From Candidatus Krumholzibacteriia bacterium (GTDB lineage: Bacteria; Krumholzibacteriota; Krumholzibacteriia; WVZY01), in assembly GCA_046754105.1 (NCBI GenBank), contig JBHHVD010000038.1, positions 1 to 28,720 of the forward strand: DNA of 28,720 nt, given 5' to 3'. A program made the position numbers and the translations under genes. The notes below the pieces were generated by a model. That model was not told the DNA's origin, did not search any database, and saw only the letters and a list, made by a program, of their open reading frames with translations. Of this stretch, positions 9,320 to 17,020 are shown piece after piece; the stretch's first letter is position 1; each line of letters opens with the position of its first letter.

Positions 9320-9772
9320 ATGGACGATCTTCGCGAGCTTTATCAGGAAATGATCCTCGACCATTACAAACGACCCCGCAACTGTCACCGGCTCGACACC
9401 GCGAACCACCACGCCGAGGGCTACAATCCGCTTTGCGGCGACAAGGTTACCGTGTTCGTGCTCGTCGACGACAACGTGATCGTGGACATCAGCTTCGAGG
9501 GATCGGGATGCGCCATTTGCACGGCCAGCACGTCGGTGATGACCGAATCGTTGAAGGGCAAGACCGTGGATGAGGCCGGCGCGTTGTTCGGCAAGTTTCG
9601 CGAACTGGTAACCGGTGGTCTCGAGGCCGCCGGGGAGATCGAGAAGCTCGGCAAGCTGGCCATATTCGCCGGCGTGCGCGAGTATCCGATCCGTATCAAG
9701 TGCGCGACCCTCGCCTGGCATACGTTCGAGGCCGCGCTCGCCGACACGAGTGAGACGGTGACCACCGAATAG
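9320..9772 (+). CDS. sufU: SUF-system sulfur-transfer protein SufU
   Basis: LYQEMILDH, NPLCGD, GCAICTAS, RIKCATLAWH; abuts the sufS stop. Confidence 0.95.
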   Translation: MDDLRELYQEMILDHYKRPRNCHRLDTANHHAEGYNPLCGDKVTVFVLVDDNVIVDISFEGSGCAICTASTSVMTESLKGKTVDEAGALFGKFRELVTGGLEAAGEIEKLGKLAIFAGVREYPIRIKCATLAWHTFEAALADTSETVTTE

Positions 9773-9780
9773 GAGACGTG

Positions 9781-10098
9781 ATGGCGGACGACATTTCCGG
9801 GACGATAAGGAATCGGGTCATAGAGATCCTCCATACGGTGTACGATCCGGAGATACCAGTGGATATCTACGAGTTGGGCCTTGTTTACAGTGTGGATGTG
9901 AACGACAAGGGGGAAACCAAGGTCGTGATGACGTTGACCTCGCCCGCCTGCCCGGTGGCCGGCAGCCTGCCGGGAGAAATAGAAAACAAGATCCGGACCG
10001 TCGATGGCGTCACGGACGTCCACATCGACCTGGTTTGGGATCCACCATGGACACCAGACAAGATGTCCGAGGCGGCCCGCCTCGAACTGAACATGTAG
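9781..10098 (+). CDS. sufT: DUF59/SufT (PaaD-like) Fe-S maturation protein
   Basis: VYDPEIPVDIYELGLVY, MTLTSPACP, VWDPPW, MSEAARL; RBS AGGAG. Confidence 0.9.
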   Translation: MADDISGTIRNRVIEILHTVYDPEIPVDIYELGLVYSVDVNDKGETKVVMTLTSPACPVAGSLPGEIENKIRTVDGVTDVHIDLVWDPPWTPDKMSEAARLELNM

Positions 10099-10129
10099 AA
10101 CCGTCACAACGCAATCGGAGGAGAGACAG

Positions 10130-10555
10130 ATGTATCCAGAAGAAATTGTAACCCCGTGCCGTGAGGAACTGACTTCCATCGGCGTCGAAGAGCTGCGAAC
10201 GGCTGATGACGTGGACGGCATACTCGGAGAGAAGAACGGTACGGCGCTGGTCGTCGTCAACTCGGTCTGCGGCTGTGCCGCGGGGGGCGCGCGCCCTGCG
10301 GTGCGCATCGCGCTGCGGCACACCAACGTTCCGGACAAGGCGACGACCGTCTTCGCCGGCGTCGACACCGAGGCCGTCGCGAAGGCACGTTCTTACATGG
10401 CGGGTTACCCGCCGTCGTCACCCTCGGTAGCGCTCTTCAAGGACGGCCAGCTGGTCTTCATGATGGAACGCCATCACATCGAGGGCGTGCAACCGGTCGA
10501 AATCGCACAGAAGCTCAAAGAGGCGTTCGACACGCATTGCACGGGGGACAATTGA
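10130..10555 (+). CDS. BrxA/BrxB-family bacilliredoxin (YphP/YqiW-like)
   Basis: VVNSVCGCAAGGARP (CGC motif), TVFAGVD, PSSPSVALFKDG, ERHHIEG; RBS GGAGGAG. Confidence 0.92.
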   Translation: MYPEEIVTPCREELTSIGVEELRTADDVDGILGEKNGTALVVVNSVCGCAAGGARPAVRIALRHTNVPDKATTVFAGVDTEAVAKARSYMAGYPPSSPSVALFKDGQLVFMMERHHIEGVQPVEIAQKLKEAFDTHCTGDN

Positions 10556-10556
10556 C

Positions 10557-11060
10557 ATGGCGGAGGTGGGAAAGTTGGACCTTCTGCCCGACGACACGCA
10601 GCTGTGGATCTACGGGTTTTCACGCACGCTCGGCGAGCACGAAAAGGGACTGATCGATGGGCGGCTCGGCCGCTTCATCGAAGAGTGGGTCTCCCATGGA
10701 GACCCGGTGCGAGGTGGCTACGAGATTCTCCTCGATCGTTTCGTCATCGTGGCGGGTCGCTGTGATAGCGGCGTTTCAGGTTGTTCGATCGACGACGGCT
10801 TCGGGCATTTCAAGTTCCTTCGCGACAGCCACGACCTCGACGGGCTCGATCGTGACCTCGTTTTTTTCAGGAACGAATCCGGCGAAATCGAGGCGCTCGG
10901 CCGCCGTGTCTTCCAGGAGGCGATCACCGCCGGCATGGTCGGTCCGGACACCGCGGTATTCGACCTGACCCTGCAAACCCTCGGCGAGCTGCGCGCCGGA
11001 CGCTTCGAGCGCCGTTTCGCCGACAGCTGGCACGCCAGCGTCTTTTCTTCTTCCGTATAG
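10557..11060 (+). CDS. Conserved hypothetical protein with SGCSID motif
   Basis: LPDDTQLWIYG, WVSHG, SGCSID, SWH; starts 1 nt after the brx stop. No Walker A motif. Confidence 0.8.
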   Translation: MAEVGKLDLLPDDTQLWIYGFSRTLGEHEKGLIDGRLGRFIEEWVSHGDPVRGGYEILLDRFVIVAGRCDSGVSGCSIDDGFGHFKFLRDSHDLDGLDRDLVFFRNESGEIEALGRRVFQEAITAGMVGPDTAVFDLTLQTLGELRAGRFERRFADSWHASVFSSSV

Positions 11061-11139
11061 TCCCGGTGGTTGGGGCACGCAGTCGGATTGTTATCGCCCG
11101 CGCCGGTGACCCCCGTCTGCGAGGCCGGACCGGGGCCCG

Positions 11140-12171
11140 TCACTGCCCCCGGCCGAGGCGATTGATCTCGTCGATCATCTGCTTCAGGCGGCCGGCGCTG
11201 GTGTGGTCGTAGGCGAAGACGATGCGCGGCATGTCGGCGAGTTCGGGTTCGTTTGACTCCTCCGGCAGCGGGCCCGTTCGTTCGATTTTGCCGGCGGTAA
11301 CGACGTCCGAGAACTCTCCGTTCAGCTTGTCGATCGCGCTGCTGCGCAACTCGTGTTGCAGACGAATCACGCGCTTCTCGTTTACCTGGCGAAACGAATG
11401 AAACGTCGAGTAGAAGGACTCGATCACTTCGACCGCTTCCTCCGGCGAGTGGACGATCTTGTAGAGAGAGATGTCTTCCTCGGCAATCAACCCGCGCTCG
11501 AGCAACTGCTGTTTTACGAACCTGTCCCAGCGCTCCCAGTACGTCTCCCCGGGTAGCTCCGCCAGCAGAAACGGGCGCGGGCTCGCCTTCTCGGTCTGCA
11601 ACAGCGTCAGCGTCTCAAACCCCTCGTCATGGGTTCCGAAGCCCCCCGGGAAGAGCGCTATCGCGTGGGATTCCATCACGAACAGCAGCTTGCGTGTAAA
11701 GAAATACTTGAATGTGATGAGCTTCGGATCGTCGACGATGAACTCGTTGGCACCCTGTTCGAAGGGAAGGTGGATATTGACCCCGAAGCTCTTGTCACTA
11801 CCTGCCCCCTCGTTTCCAGCCTTCATAATGCCGTCGGCGGCTCCGGTGATGACCATGTAGTTTTTCTTCGCCAGGAGTCGCGCGAAATCGACCGCCATCT
11901 TGTAGTAGGGATCCTCCTTGGGGGTACGCGCGGATCCGAATATCGACACCTTGCGGATGTGGCGATACGGCTTGAAAACCTTGAACGCGTAGCGAAGCTC
12001 ACGGAACGACCGGTTGATGATCTTGAGATCCAGCGTGTCGAGGTCATCGTCTTTGAGCTTGAGAGAATTGACTAAGATTTCCCGCAAGAGAATGGTGGGC
12101 AGCGGCTTTTTTTCTCCCGTAAAAAGCTCCCGCACCTGGCTTAGAATTTGTTCGATTTGTTCTTCTTTCAT
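11140..12171 (-). CDS. LOG-family (Rossmann-fold, TIGR00730-like) nucleotide monophosphate nucleosidase, long form
   Basis: VSIFGSART, GIMKAGNEGA, FKYFFTRKL, PGGFGTHDE. Confidence 0.9.
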   Translation of the reverse strand: MKEEQIEQILSQVRELFTGEKKPLPTILLREILVNSLKLKDDDLDTLDLKIINRSFRELRYAFKVFKPYRHIRKVSIFGSARTPKEDPYYKMAVDFARLLAKKNYMVITGAADGIMKAGNEGAGSDKSFGVNIHLPFEQGANEFIVDDPKLITFKYFFTRKLLFVMESHAIALFPGGFGTHDEGFETLTLLQTEKASPRPFLLAELPGETYWERWDRFVKQQLLERGLIAEEDISLYKIVHSPEEAVEVIESFYSTFHSFRQVNEKRVIRLQHELRSSAIDKLNGEFSDVVTAGKIERTGPLPEESNEPELADMPRIVFAYDHTSAGRLKQMIDEINRLGRGQ

Positions 12172-12189
12172 GTCTTCTTTCTCTGACCC

Positions 12190-12861
12190 TCATGCTCGGT
12201 TAAACAAGTCGAGCAAAGAGTGTAGTCCCTCCTCCCGAATAACGATGTCGGCACCAGCAGCCAGCGTTGGCGATTTGGGCCGGTATGCGACGAAACAACC
12301 CGGCACACCGAGTAGCGGCACGTCGTTCTCTCCGTCGCCGATGAACGCGCACCGCTTCAGCGGGATGCCGTGCCTGCCCGCCATCGCTCTGAGCGCGGTG
12401 GGCTTTCCCTGCCCATCGTACGGGGTAGCCTGGTACGCTGTCAGGTTACCCTCTTCGTCGAAGTAGATCTTGTTCGTGTGAACCTCACCGAAGGGATGAT
12501 CCGGAAAAAGCGTGTCGAGCACAATGTCCAGCGTTCCGGATATAACGCCAAGCTCGAATCCCCTTCGAGCGAGTTCGTTCACCGTATCGCGCGCGCCGGC
12601 GACCAGATCGAACTCACGGACACATTCCAGGATATCCTGTCGGGATGCTCCCACCGCCAGCCAGTCCTCGACGTCGAGTTGCACCCAACCGGCGTAGCTT
12701 ATTCGACCGTCTCGATACATGGCGTACCGCTCGCGGTTCCGCTTCGCACTCCCACCGAAACGGATATTCAGCACCTCCCAAATCACCATGCCGGCGGGAT
12801 GACGGACGAGCGTGCCGTCGACGTCAAAACATATCAGATCGATCGCGTTTTCGAAAGTCAT
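12190..12861 (-). CDS. HAD-superfamily phosphatase (phosphoserine-phosphatase-like)
   Basis: FDVDGTL (motif I), ISG (II), K (III), GDGEND (IV). Confidence 0.88.
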   Translation of the reverse strand: MTFENAIDLICFDVDGTLVRHPAGMVIWEVLNIRFGGSAKRNRERYAMYRDGRISYAGWVQLDVEDWLAVGASRQDILECVREFDLVAGARDTVNELARRGFELGVISGTLDIVLDTLFPDHPFGEVHTNKIYFDEEGNLTAYQATPYDGQGKPTALRAMAGRHGIPLKRCAFIGDGENDVPLLGVPGCFVAYRPKSPTLAAGADIVIREEGLHSLLDLFNRA

Positions 12862-13091
12862 AGCCGGGCGCTCCCGGCCGCGGTACGTACCGCCGGCACC
12901 GGTTACGATCGCTCATTTCGGCGTGGAACGAGACAGCAAATAGCCGAGGCCGGCGAACAGCCACAGCGTAACGCAGGATCGTAGGCCCCGGGCGGGGGAG
13001 GTCTTCTCCCGGTCTATCGATTCATCGGGTCCGCCGGATTCGGGCCCGCCACCCCGCACTTCCGGGGAAAAGAAAGGTTTTGTATGGCGCG

Positions 13092-13120
13092 ATCATACCG
13101 TATCTCCGGCCCAGAATCCA
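13092..13120 (-). promoter_or_regulatory. Putative sigma70 promoter for the HAD/LOG pair
   Basis: Minus strand: TGGATT, 17 bp, TATGAT. Confidence 0.45.
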
Positions 13121-13189
13121 CAGCGAAAAGCCGACAAGGCCCTTGACGGCCCGCCCGGCGAAAGTTTCTTTTATGGTGGAAACCTGCCG

Positions 13190-13198
13190 TGCTATACT
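13190..13198 (+). promoter_or_regulatory. Putative extended -10 promoter for the ECF sigma gene
   Basis: TGcTATACT; no clear -35. Confidence 0.4.
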
Positions 13199-13272
13199 CC
13201 GCCCACCTCGAGGGGGTATCGAGAAACCCCGTACAGGTCGGAAATGCCAATGGTGGGTTGTGTGCCGTCCCG

Positions 13273-13863
13273 ATGAGCGAATCCCCAAAGAAATCTCCAA
13301 CGGACCCCACGATGTGGGTCGACGAGCACGGTGATGTGCTGTACCGCTTCGCGCTGGTGCGAGTAAAGGACACCCACGTCGCCGAGGACCTCGTGCAGGA
13401 GACCTTTATATCGGCGCTGCAGGGGCTGGACAAATTCAAGGGCGGGTCGGCGATCCGCACCTGGTTGGTGGGCATCCTCAAGCACAAGATCATCGACCAC
13501 TTTCGAAAAAGCTCGCGTGAAGTCTCCTCCACCGACCTGACCTTTCTAACCGAGGAGACCGAGGAAGAGGCCTATCACCGGCTGGGAATGTGGAAGTGGA
13601 AGAACCGTCCTCAGGATTGGGATGAGAACCCGGATAATTTGTTTAATAGCAAAGAGTTCTGGGGTGTATTCACCGGATGCCTCGACGGGCTGCAGGATAC
13701 CTTCCGCAGGGCCTTCTCGCTGCGCGAGCTGGACGGAATGAAGACCGACGAGATCTGTAAGATTCTGGACATCACGCCGACCAATCTCTGGGTTATATTG
13801 CACCGGGCACGGGCGAAACTCAGGAGTTGCCTCGAGGCGAAGTGGTTTCGGGAAGAGCGCTGA
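13273..13863 (+). CDS. ECF RNA polymerase sigma factor (TIGR02943-like)
   Basis: AEDLVQETF, RTWLVGILKHKIIDHFR (region 2); EICKILDITPTNLWVILHRAR (region 4). Start 13273 is preferred; 13312 is possible. Confidence 0.93.
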   Translation: MSESPKKSPTDPTMWVDEHGDVLYRFALVRVKDTHVAEDLVQETFISALQGLDKFKGGSAIRTWLVGILKHKIIDHFRKSSREVSSTDLTFLTEETEEEAYHRLGMWKWKNRPQDWDENPDNLFNSKEFWGVFTGCLDGLQDTFRRAFSLRELDGMKTDEICKILDITPTNLWVILHRARAKLRSCLEAKWFREER

Positions 13864-13892
13864 GGGAGGCCGGCCCAGAGGATGATTGCACC

Positions 13893-14168
13893 ATGATGAA
13901 CTGTAAAGAAGTAACTCGACTCGTCGCGGAGAGTGCCGACCACGATCTTCGCTTCCACGAGCGCATGCGGGTGAGGGTGCACCTTGCGATTTGCTTCCTG
14001 TGCCGGAGGTTCACGAGGCAGCTGGCCCTGATTTCCAAGGCGTCCGGAGTGGCCGGCGGTACCGACGCCCTGCTCGCCGACGGCGGCGTCCTGAACGAGG
14101 CCGCGCTGTCGCCGGATGTGAAGGCTCGCATAAAAAATCGTCTCGCCCACGATGATCCCGGCGAATGA
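13893..14168 (+). CDS. Soluble zinc-binding anti-sigma factor (zf-HC2/ZAS)
   Basis: MMNCKEVTRLV...HLAICFLCRRF (HxxxCxxC); no TM segment; RBS GAGGA; directly after the sigma gene. Confidence 0.9.
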   Translation: MMNCKEVTRLVAESADHDLRFHERMRVRVHLAICFLCRRFTRQLALISKASGVAGGTDALLADGGVLNEAALSPDVKARIKNRLAHDDPGE

Positions 14169-14197
14169 TGTAAGTATTCTCGCCGGTCTGCGACCAA
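14169..14197 (+). promoter_or_regulatory. Putative ECF-type promoter
   Basis: TGTAAG (14169-14174), 16 bp, CGACCAA (14191-14197), directly after the anti-sigma stop. Resembles, from memory, the TGTAAG/CGAC motif beside this sigma class. Confidence 0.5.
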
Positions 14198-14199
14198 CC

Positions 14200-14328
14200 C
14201 CCAGTTCTGAATCGAGAGACGCGTCGCCCGGTGGGTCTATTAGACCATCGACAGACGTTGAAGCGGAGCACCACTGACCAAGCCAACTACTCCCCCAAGG
14301 CTGCAACGGTGCTCCGCTTCTGAGTTTA
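14200..14328 (+). ncRNA. Candidate ECF-dependent small RNA
   Basis: Hairpin 14229-14250, then a perfect 13-bp stem GAAGCGGAGCACC (14260-14272)/GGTGCTCCGCTTC (14308-14320) enclosing AGCC-AACTACTCCCCCAA-GGCT. Confidence 0.5.
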
Positions 14329-14448
14329 TGGTACGGCCGCCCGGGATGGCGGGCGATTCTCCAGGTACCTGCCGCTTACCCCGAGAAACCACACGGACCT
14401 CGTGGGAACTCGCGCGCTCCGCCGGGGTACAACCGCACGCAATACCAG

Positions 14449-14477
14449 TGGATATTCCCCCAGGATTGCCGTAGAAT
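14449..14477 (+). promoter_or_regulatory. Putative sigma70 promoter for rhodanese/MauE
   Basis: TGGATA (14449-14454), 17 bp, TAGAAT (14472-14477). Confidence 0.5.
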
Positions 14478-14540
14478 GGGCCGATTATGTCATGGCATGG
14501 GAGCCAGGCGACCGGCACGCCCGTGGCAAGGAGTTCGACC

Positions 14541-15158
14541 GTGAGTTTCCTGAAGAGCCTCCTTGGAGGCGTTGTTATTATCGCGATCGCCGCAGTTGTC
14601 GGTGTCGTTCAGAATTCGGTACGGAGCAAGCCCGTCGACCTGTTCCCGAAGGTACCCAAACGCGTGGCCCGCAAAGCCGCCGTACCCGAACCACGGACGG
14701 CTCCGACGCCGCCGACGGACGACGCAACGAAGAGTGGAGAGGCGCGGGCGGTGGGCGACGAGCCCGGCGCTAACGCCGCCGGTGAAGTGGCGCCGGCGGG
14801 ACCGATTACGGCCGACGAGTACGAGAGCGGCGAACTCGGCATGAACAGGCTAAGGGCGCTGTTGGAAACGGGAACGGTCACGCTGCTGGACGCGCGGAGC
14901 GAGCAAGAGTTCGCGGAAGGGCACCTGCCGGGCGCCATCAACATCCCGTACGACAATTTCACCGACTACTACGCCGAGCTCGACGACCTGGTGCCGAGGG
15001 ATGCGGACGTTGTCACGTACTGCAGAAGTGTTACCTGCGAGCTCGGCGAGGACCTCGCCCGGGAGCTCCAGCTCGCGGGCTACGAAAGGGTCATCGTGTA
15101 TCGCGGGGGCTGGGAGGAATGGACCGAGGCGAACTTCCCCACCGAGGGCGCGGAGTAA
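14541..15158 (+). CDS. Membrane-anchored rhodanese-like domain protein
   Basis: GTG start with RBS AAGGAG (14528-14533); N-terminal TM; Pro/Ala-rich linker; LLDARS, GHLPGAINIP, YCRSVTC, YRGGWEEW. Confidence 0.88.
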   Translation: MSFLKSLLGGVVIIAIAAVVGVVQNSVRSKPVDLFPKVPKRVARKAAVPEPRTAPTPPTDDATKSGEARAVGDEPGANAAGEVAPAGPITADEYESGELGMNRLRALLETGTVTLLDARSEQEFAEGHLPGAINIPYDNFTDYYAELDDLVPRDADVVTYCRSVTCELGEDLARELQLAGYERVIVYRGGWEEWTEANFPTEGAE

Positions 15159-15162
15159 CGAC

Positions 15163-15660
15163 GTGTCAGTTGAATCGACCACCATACGCAGCTCGAACCC
15201 GGTTACCGTATTCTTGACCAGCGGCATCGTCCTTTTCGTGCTGCGGGTACTCCTCGGTGGCCTTTTTCTCTTTTCTTCCCTGCAGAAAGTCCAGCATCCC
15301 GATGAGTTCGCCATCGCCGTACGAGCCTACAAGCTGTTGCCGGTCTCGCTTTCGAATGTTTTCGCCTTGCTGGTGGCCTGGAGCGAGGTCCTCGCGGGGG
15401 GCATGTTGATCCTGGGGCTCATGACTCGAAAAGCGGCCGGCGCAATCTTCGTGTTGCTGGTAATGTTCACCGTCGCCATCGCGACGACGTTGATCCGCGG
15501 CCTCGCCATTGACTGCGGCTGCTTCTCGAACGAAGGCGGGAGCCAGACCGGCTTCACGCTGATTATCCGCAATCTTTTTCTTCTCGCGGCGTCCGCGATC
15601 CTGATTCTCCACGATGGCGGATTGTGGCGTCTTTCGAAGGTATTCTCCAGCCGCGGCTGA
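15163..15660 (+). CDS. MauE/DoxX-family membrane protein
   Basis: GTG start after GGAG; LRVLLGGLFLFSSLQK, EVLAGGMLILG, RGLAIDCGCF, IIRN. Confidence 0.88.
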   Translation: MSVESTTIRSSNPVTVFLTSGIVLFVLRVLLGGLFLFSSLQKVQHPDEFAIAVRAYKLLPVSLSNVFALLVAWSEVLAGGMLILGLMTRKAAGAIFVLLVMFTVAIATTLIRGLAIDCGCFSNEGGSQTGFTLIIRNLFLLAASAILILHDGGLWRLSKVFSSRG

Positions 15661-15690
15661 TCCTGGTGATATGGACCGTTGGCGGCGCCC

Positions 15691-17004
15691 CTACCAGTTG
15701 AACCCGTAGTACTTCATCCCCTTCGGCGGCTCATCGAAGAGACGCACGAGATCGATGACGACCTTGCCCTCGGGAACCTTGCCGAGCAGGCTTGCGAACC
15801 CGGGTTCCTTGTGGCCGACCACGATCACCTGCGCAAAGTCGACCGCGTCCTGCAGGGTATCGGTGATCAGATTCGAAATGTGCGGGATTTCTTTCTCGAT
15901 ATAGGCCTTGTTCGCCCCTACCAGGCGGGCCAGCGACACGTTTTCATCGAAAACACGAATATCGTAGCCCTTGCCGAGAAACGTCTCGATCAGGATGACC
16001 AGCGGGCTCTCTCGCAAATCGTCCGTACCCGGCTTGAAACTCAGGCCCAGAAAGGCCAGCGTCTTCTTGCCGCATGACTGGATCATGTCGACGGCGCGGC
16101 GGATCTGCCTGTCGTTGCTGGGCAATATGGCGGAGAGCAGCGGCAGTTCCTGGTCCATCGTGCGTCCCTTGTATAGAATGGCCCGCAGATCCTTCGGCAG
16201 GCATGAGCCACCGAACGCGAAACCAGGCTTGAGATACGCGTCGGAAATGTTCAACTTCGTATCCGAGCAAAGAATATCCATCACGTCGCCGCTGTCGACA
16301 CCGATGGCCTTTGACAGGGTTCCGATCTCGTTGGCGAAAGCGATTTTCAGCGCGTGGAATACGTTGTCTACGTATTTCACCATTTCCGCCGTCCTGAGGG
16401 ACGTCCGAATGACCGGTGCCTTGATGCCCTGGTAGAGCGAGACAACCCGGTCGGCCGTCGGTTCGTCTTCCGCGCCCACGACCGTTTTGGGCGGATTGAA
16501 ATAATCACCCACCGCCGACCCCTCACGCAGGAACTCGGGGTTTACTGCAACACGGACCCGCGCCGGCAGTTTCGCTCCGAATCCCTTCTTCAAAGCGGGC
16601 ACGACTCGCTTCTCGGTGCTGCCCGGCACCATCGTGCTGCGAACGCACACGAGATGATCCGCCGTGCGATTCTTCAACGCGCGGCCGATCTCTTCGCACA
16701 CCTTTTCCACGAATTCCAGATTGAGACTGTTGTTGGCGTTACTAGGTGTGCCGACACACACCATCGAGATATCCGTCGCTGCAACCGCTTCCTCGGCCGA
16801 GGCGACCGCCCGCAGGCGGCCCGTAGCGACTGCCTTTCGGATCATGCCATCGAGGTCCTTCTCTATGATCGGTGACGTCCCGCGGTTCAACATCTCGACC
16901 TTGGATGTATTGACGTCGACGCCAATGACATCGTGTCCGGCTTCCGCCAGGCAAGCGGCCGAAACGCATCCCACGTAACCCAGTCCAAAAATGCTGATTC
17001 TCAT
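15691..17004 (-). CDS. Nucleotide-sugar 6-dehydrogenase, GDP-mannose dehydrogenase (AlgD)-like
   Basis: True start MRISIFGLGYVG at 17004; CVGTPS, NPEFLREG, FHALKIAFANEIG, GFAFGGSCLPKD, SFKPGTDDLRESP. Substrate not proven. Confidence 0.92.
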   Translation of the reverse strand: MRISIFGLGYVGCVSAACLAEAGHDVIGVDVNTSKVEMLNRGTSPIIEKDLDGMIRKAVATGRLRAVASAEEAVAATDISMVCVGTPSNANNSLNLEFVEKVCEEIGRALKNRTADHLVCVRSTMVPGSTEKRVVPALKKGFGAKLPARVRVAVNPEFLREGSAVGDYFNPPKTVVGAEDEPTADRVVSLYQGIKAPVIRTSLRTAEMVKYVDNVFHALKIAFANEIGTLSKAIGVDSGDVMDILCSDTKLNISDAYLKPGFAFGGSCLPKDLRAILYKGRTMDQELPLLSAILPSNDRQIRRAVDMIQSCGKKTLAFLGLSFKPGTDDLRESPLVILIETFLGKGYDIRVFDENVSLARLVGANKAYIEKEIPHISNLITDTLQDAVDFAQVIVVGHKEPGFASLLGKVPEGKVVIDLVRLFDEPPKGMKYYGFNW

Positions 17005-17020
17005 AGTTCTCCCAAACCGC

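Noticed and set aside
10557..11060. ABC transporter ATPase label that I recall on similar proteins
   Set aside because: No Walker A/B or LSGGQ signature.
14258..14323. 21-aa TTG ORF spanning the 13-bp hairpin
   Set aside because: No RBS, and it is buried in a strong stem; an RNA structure explains the region better.
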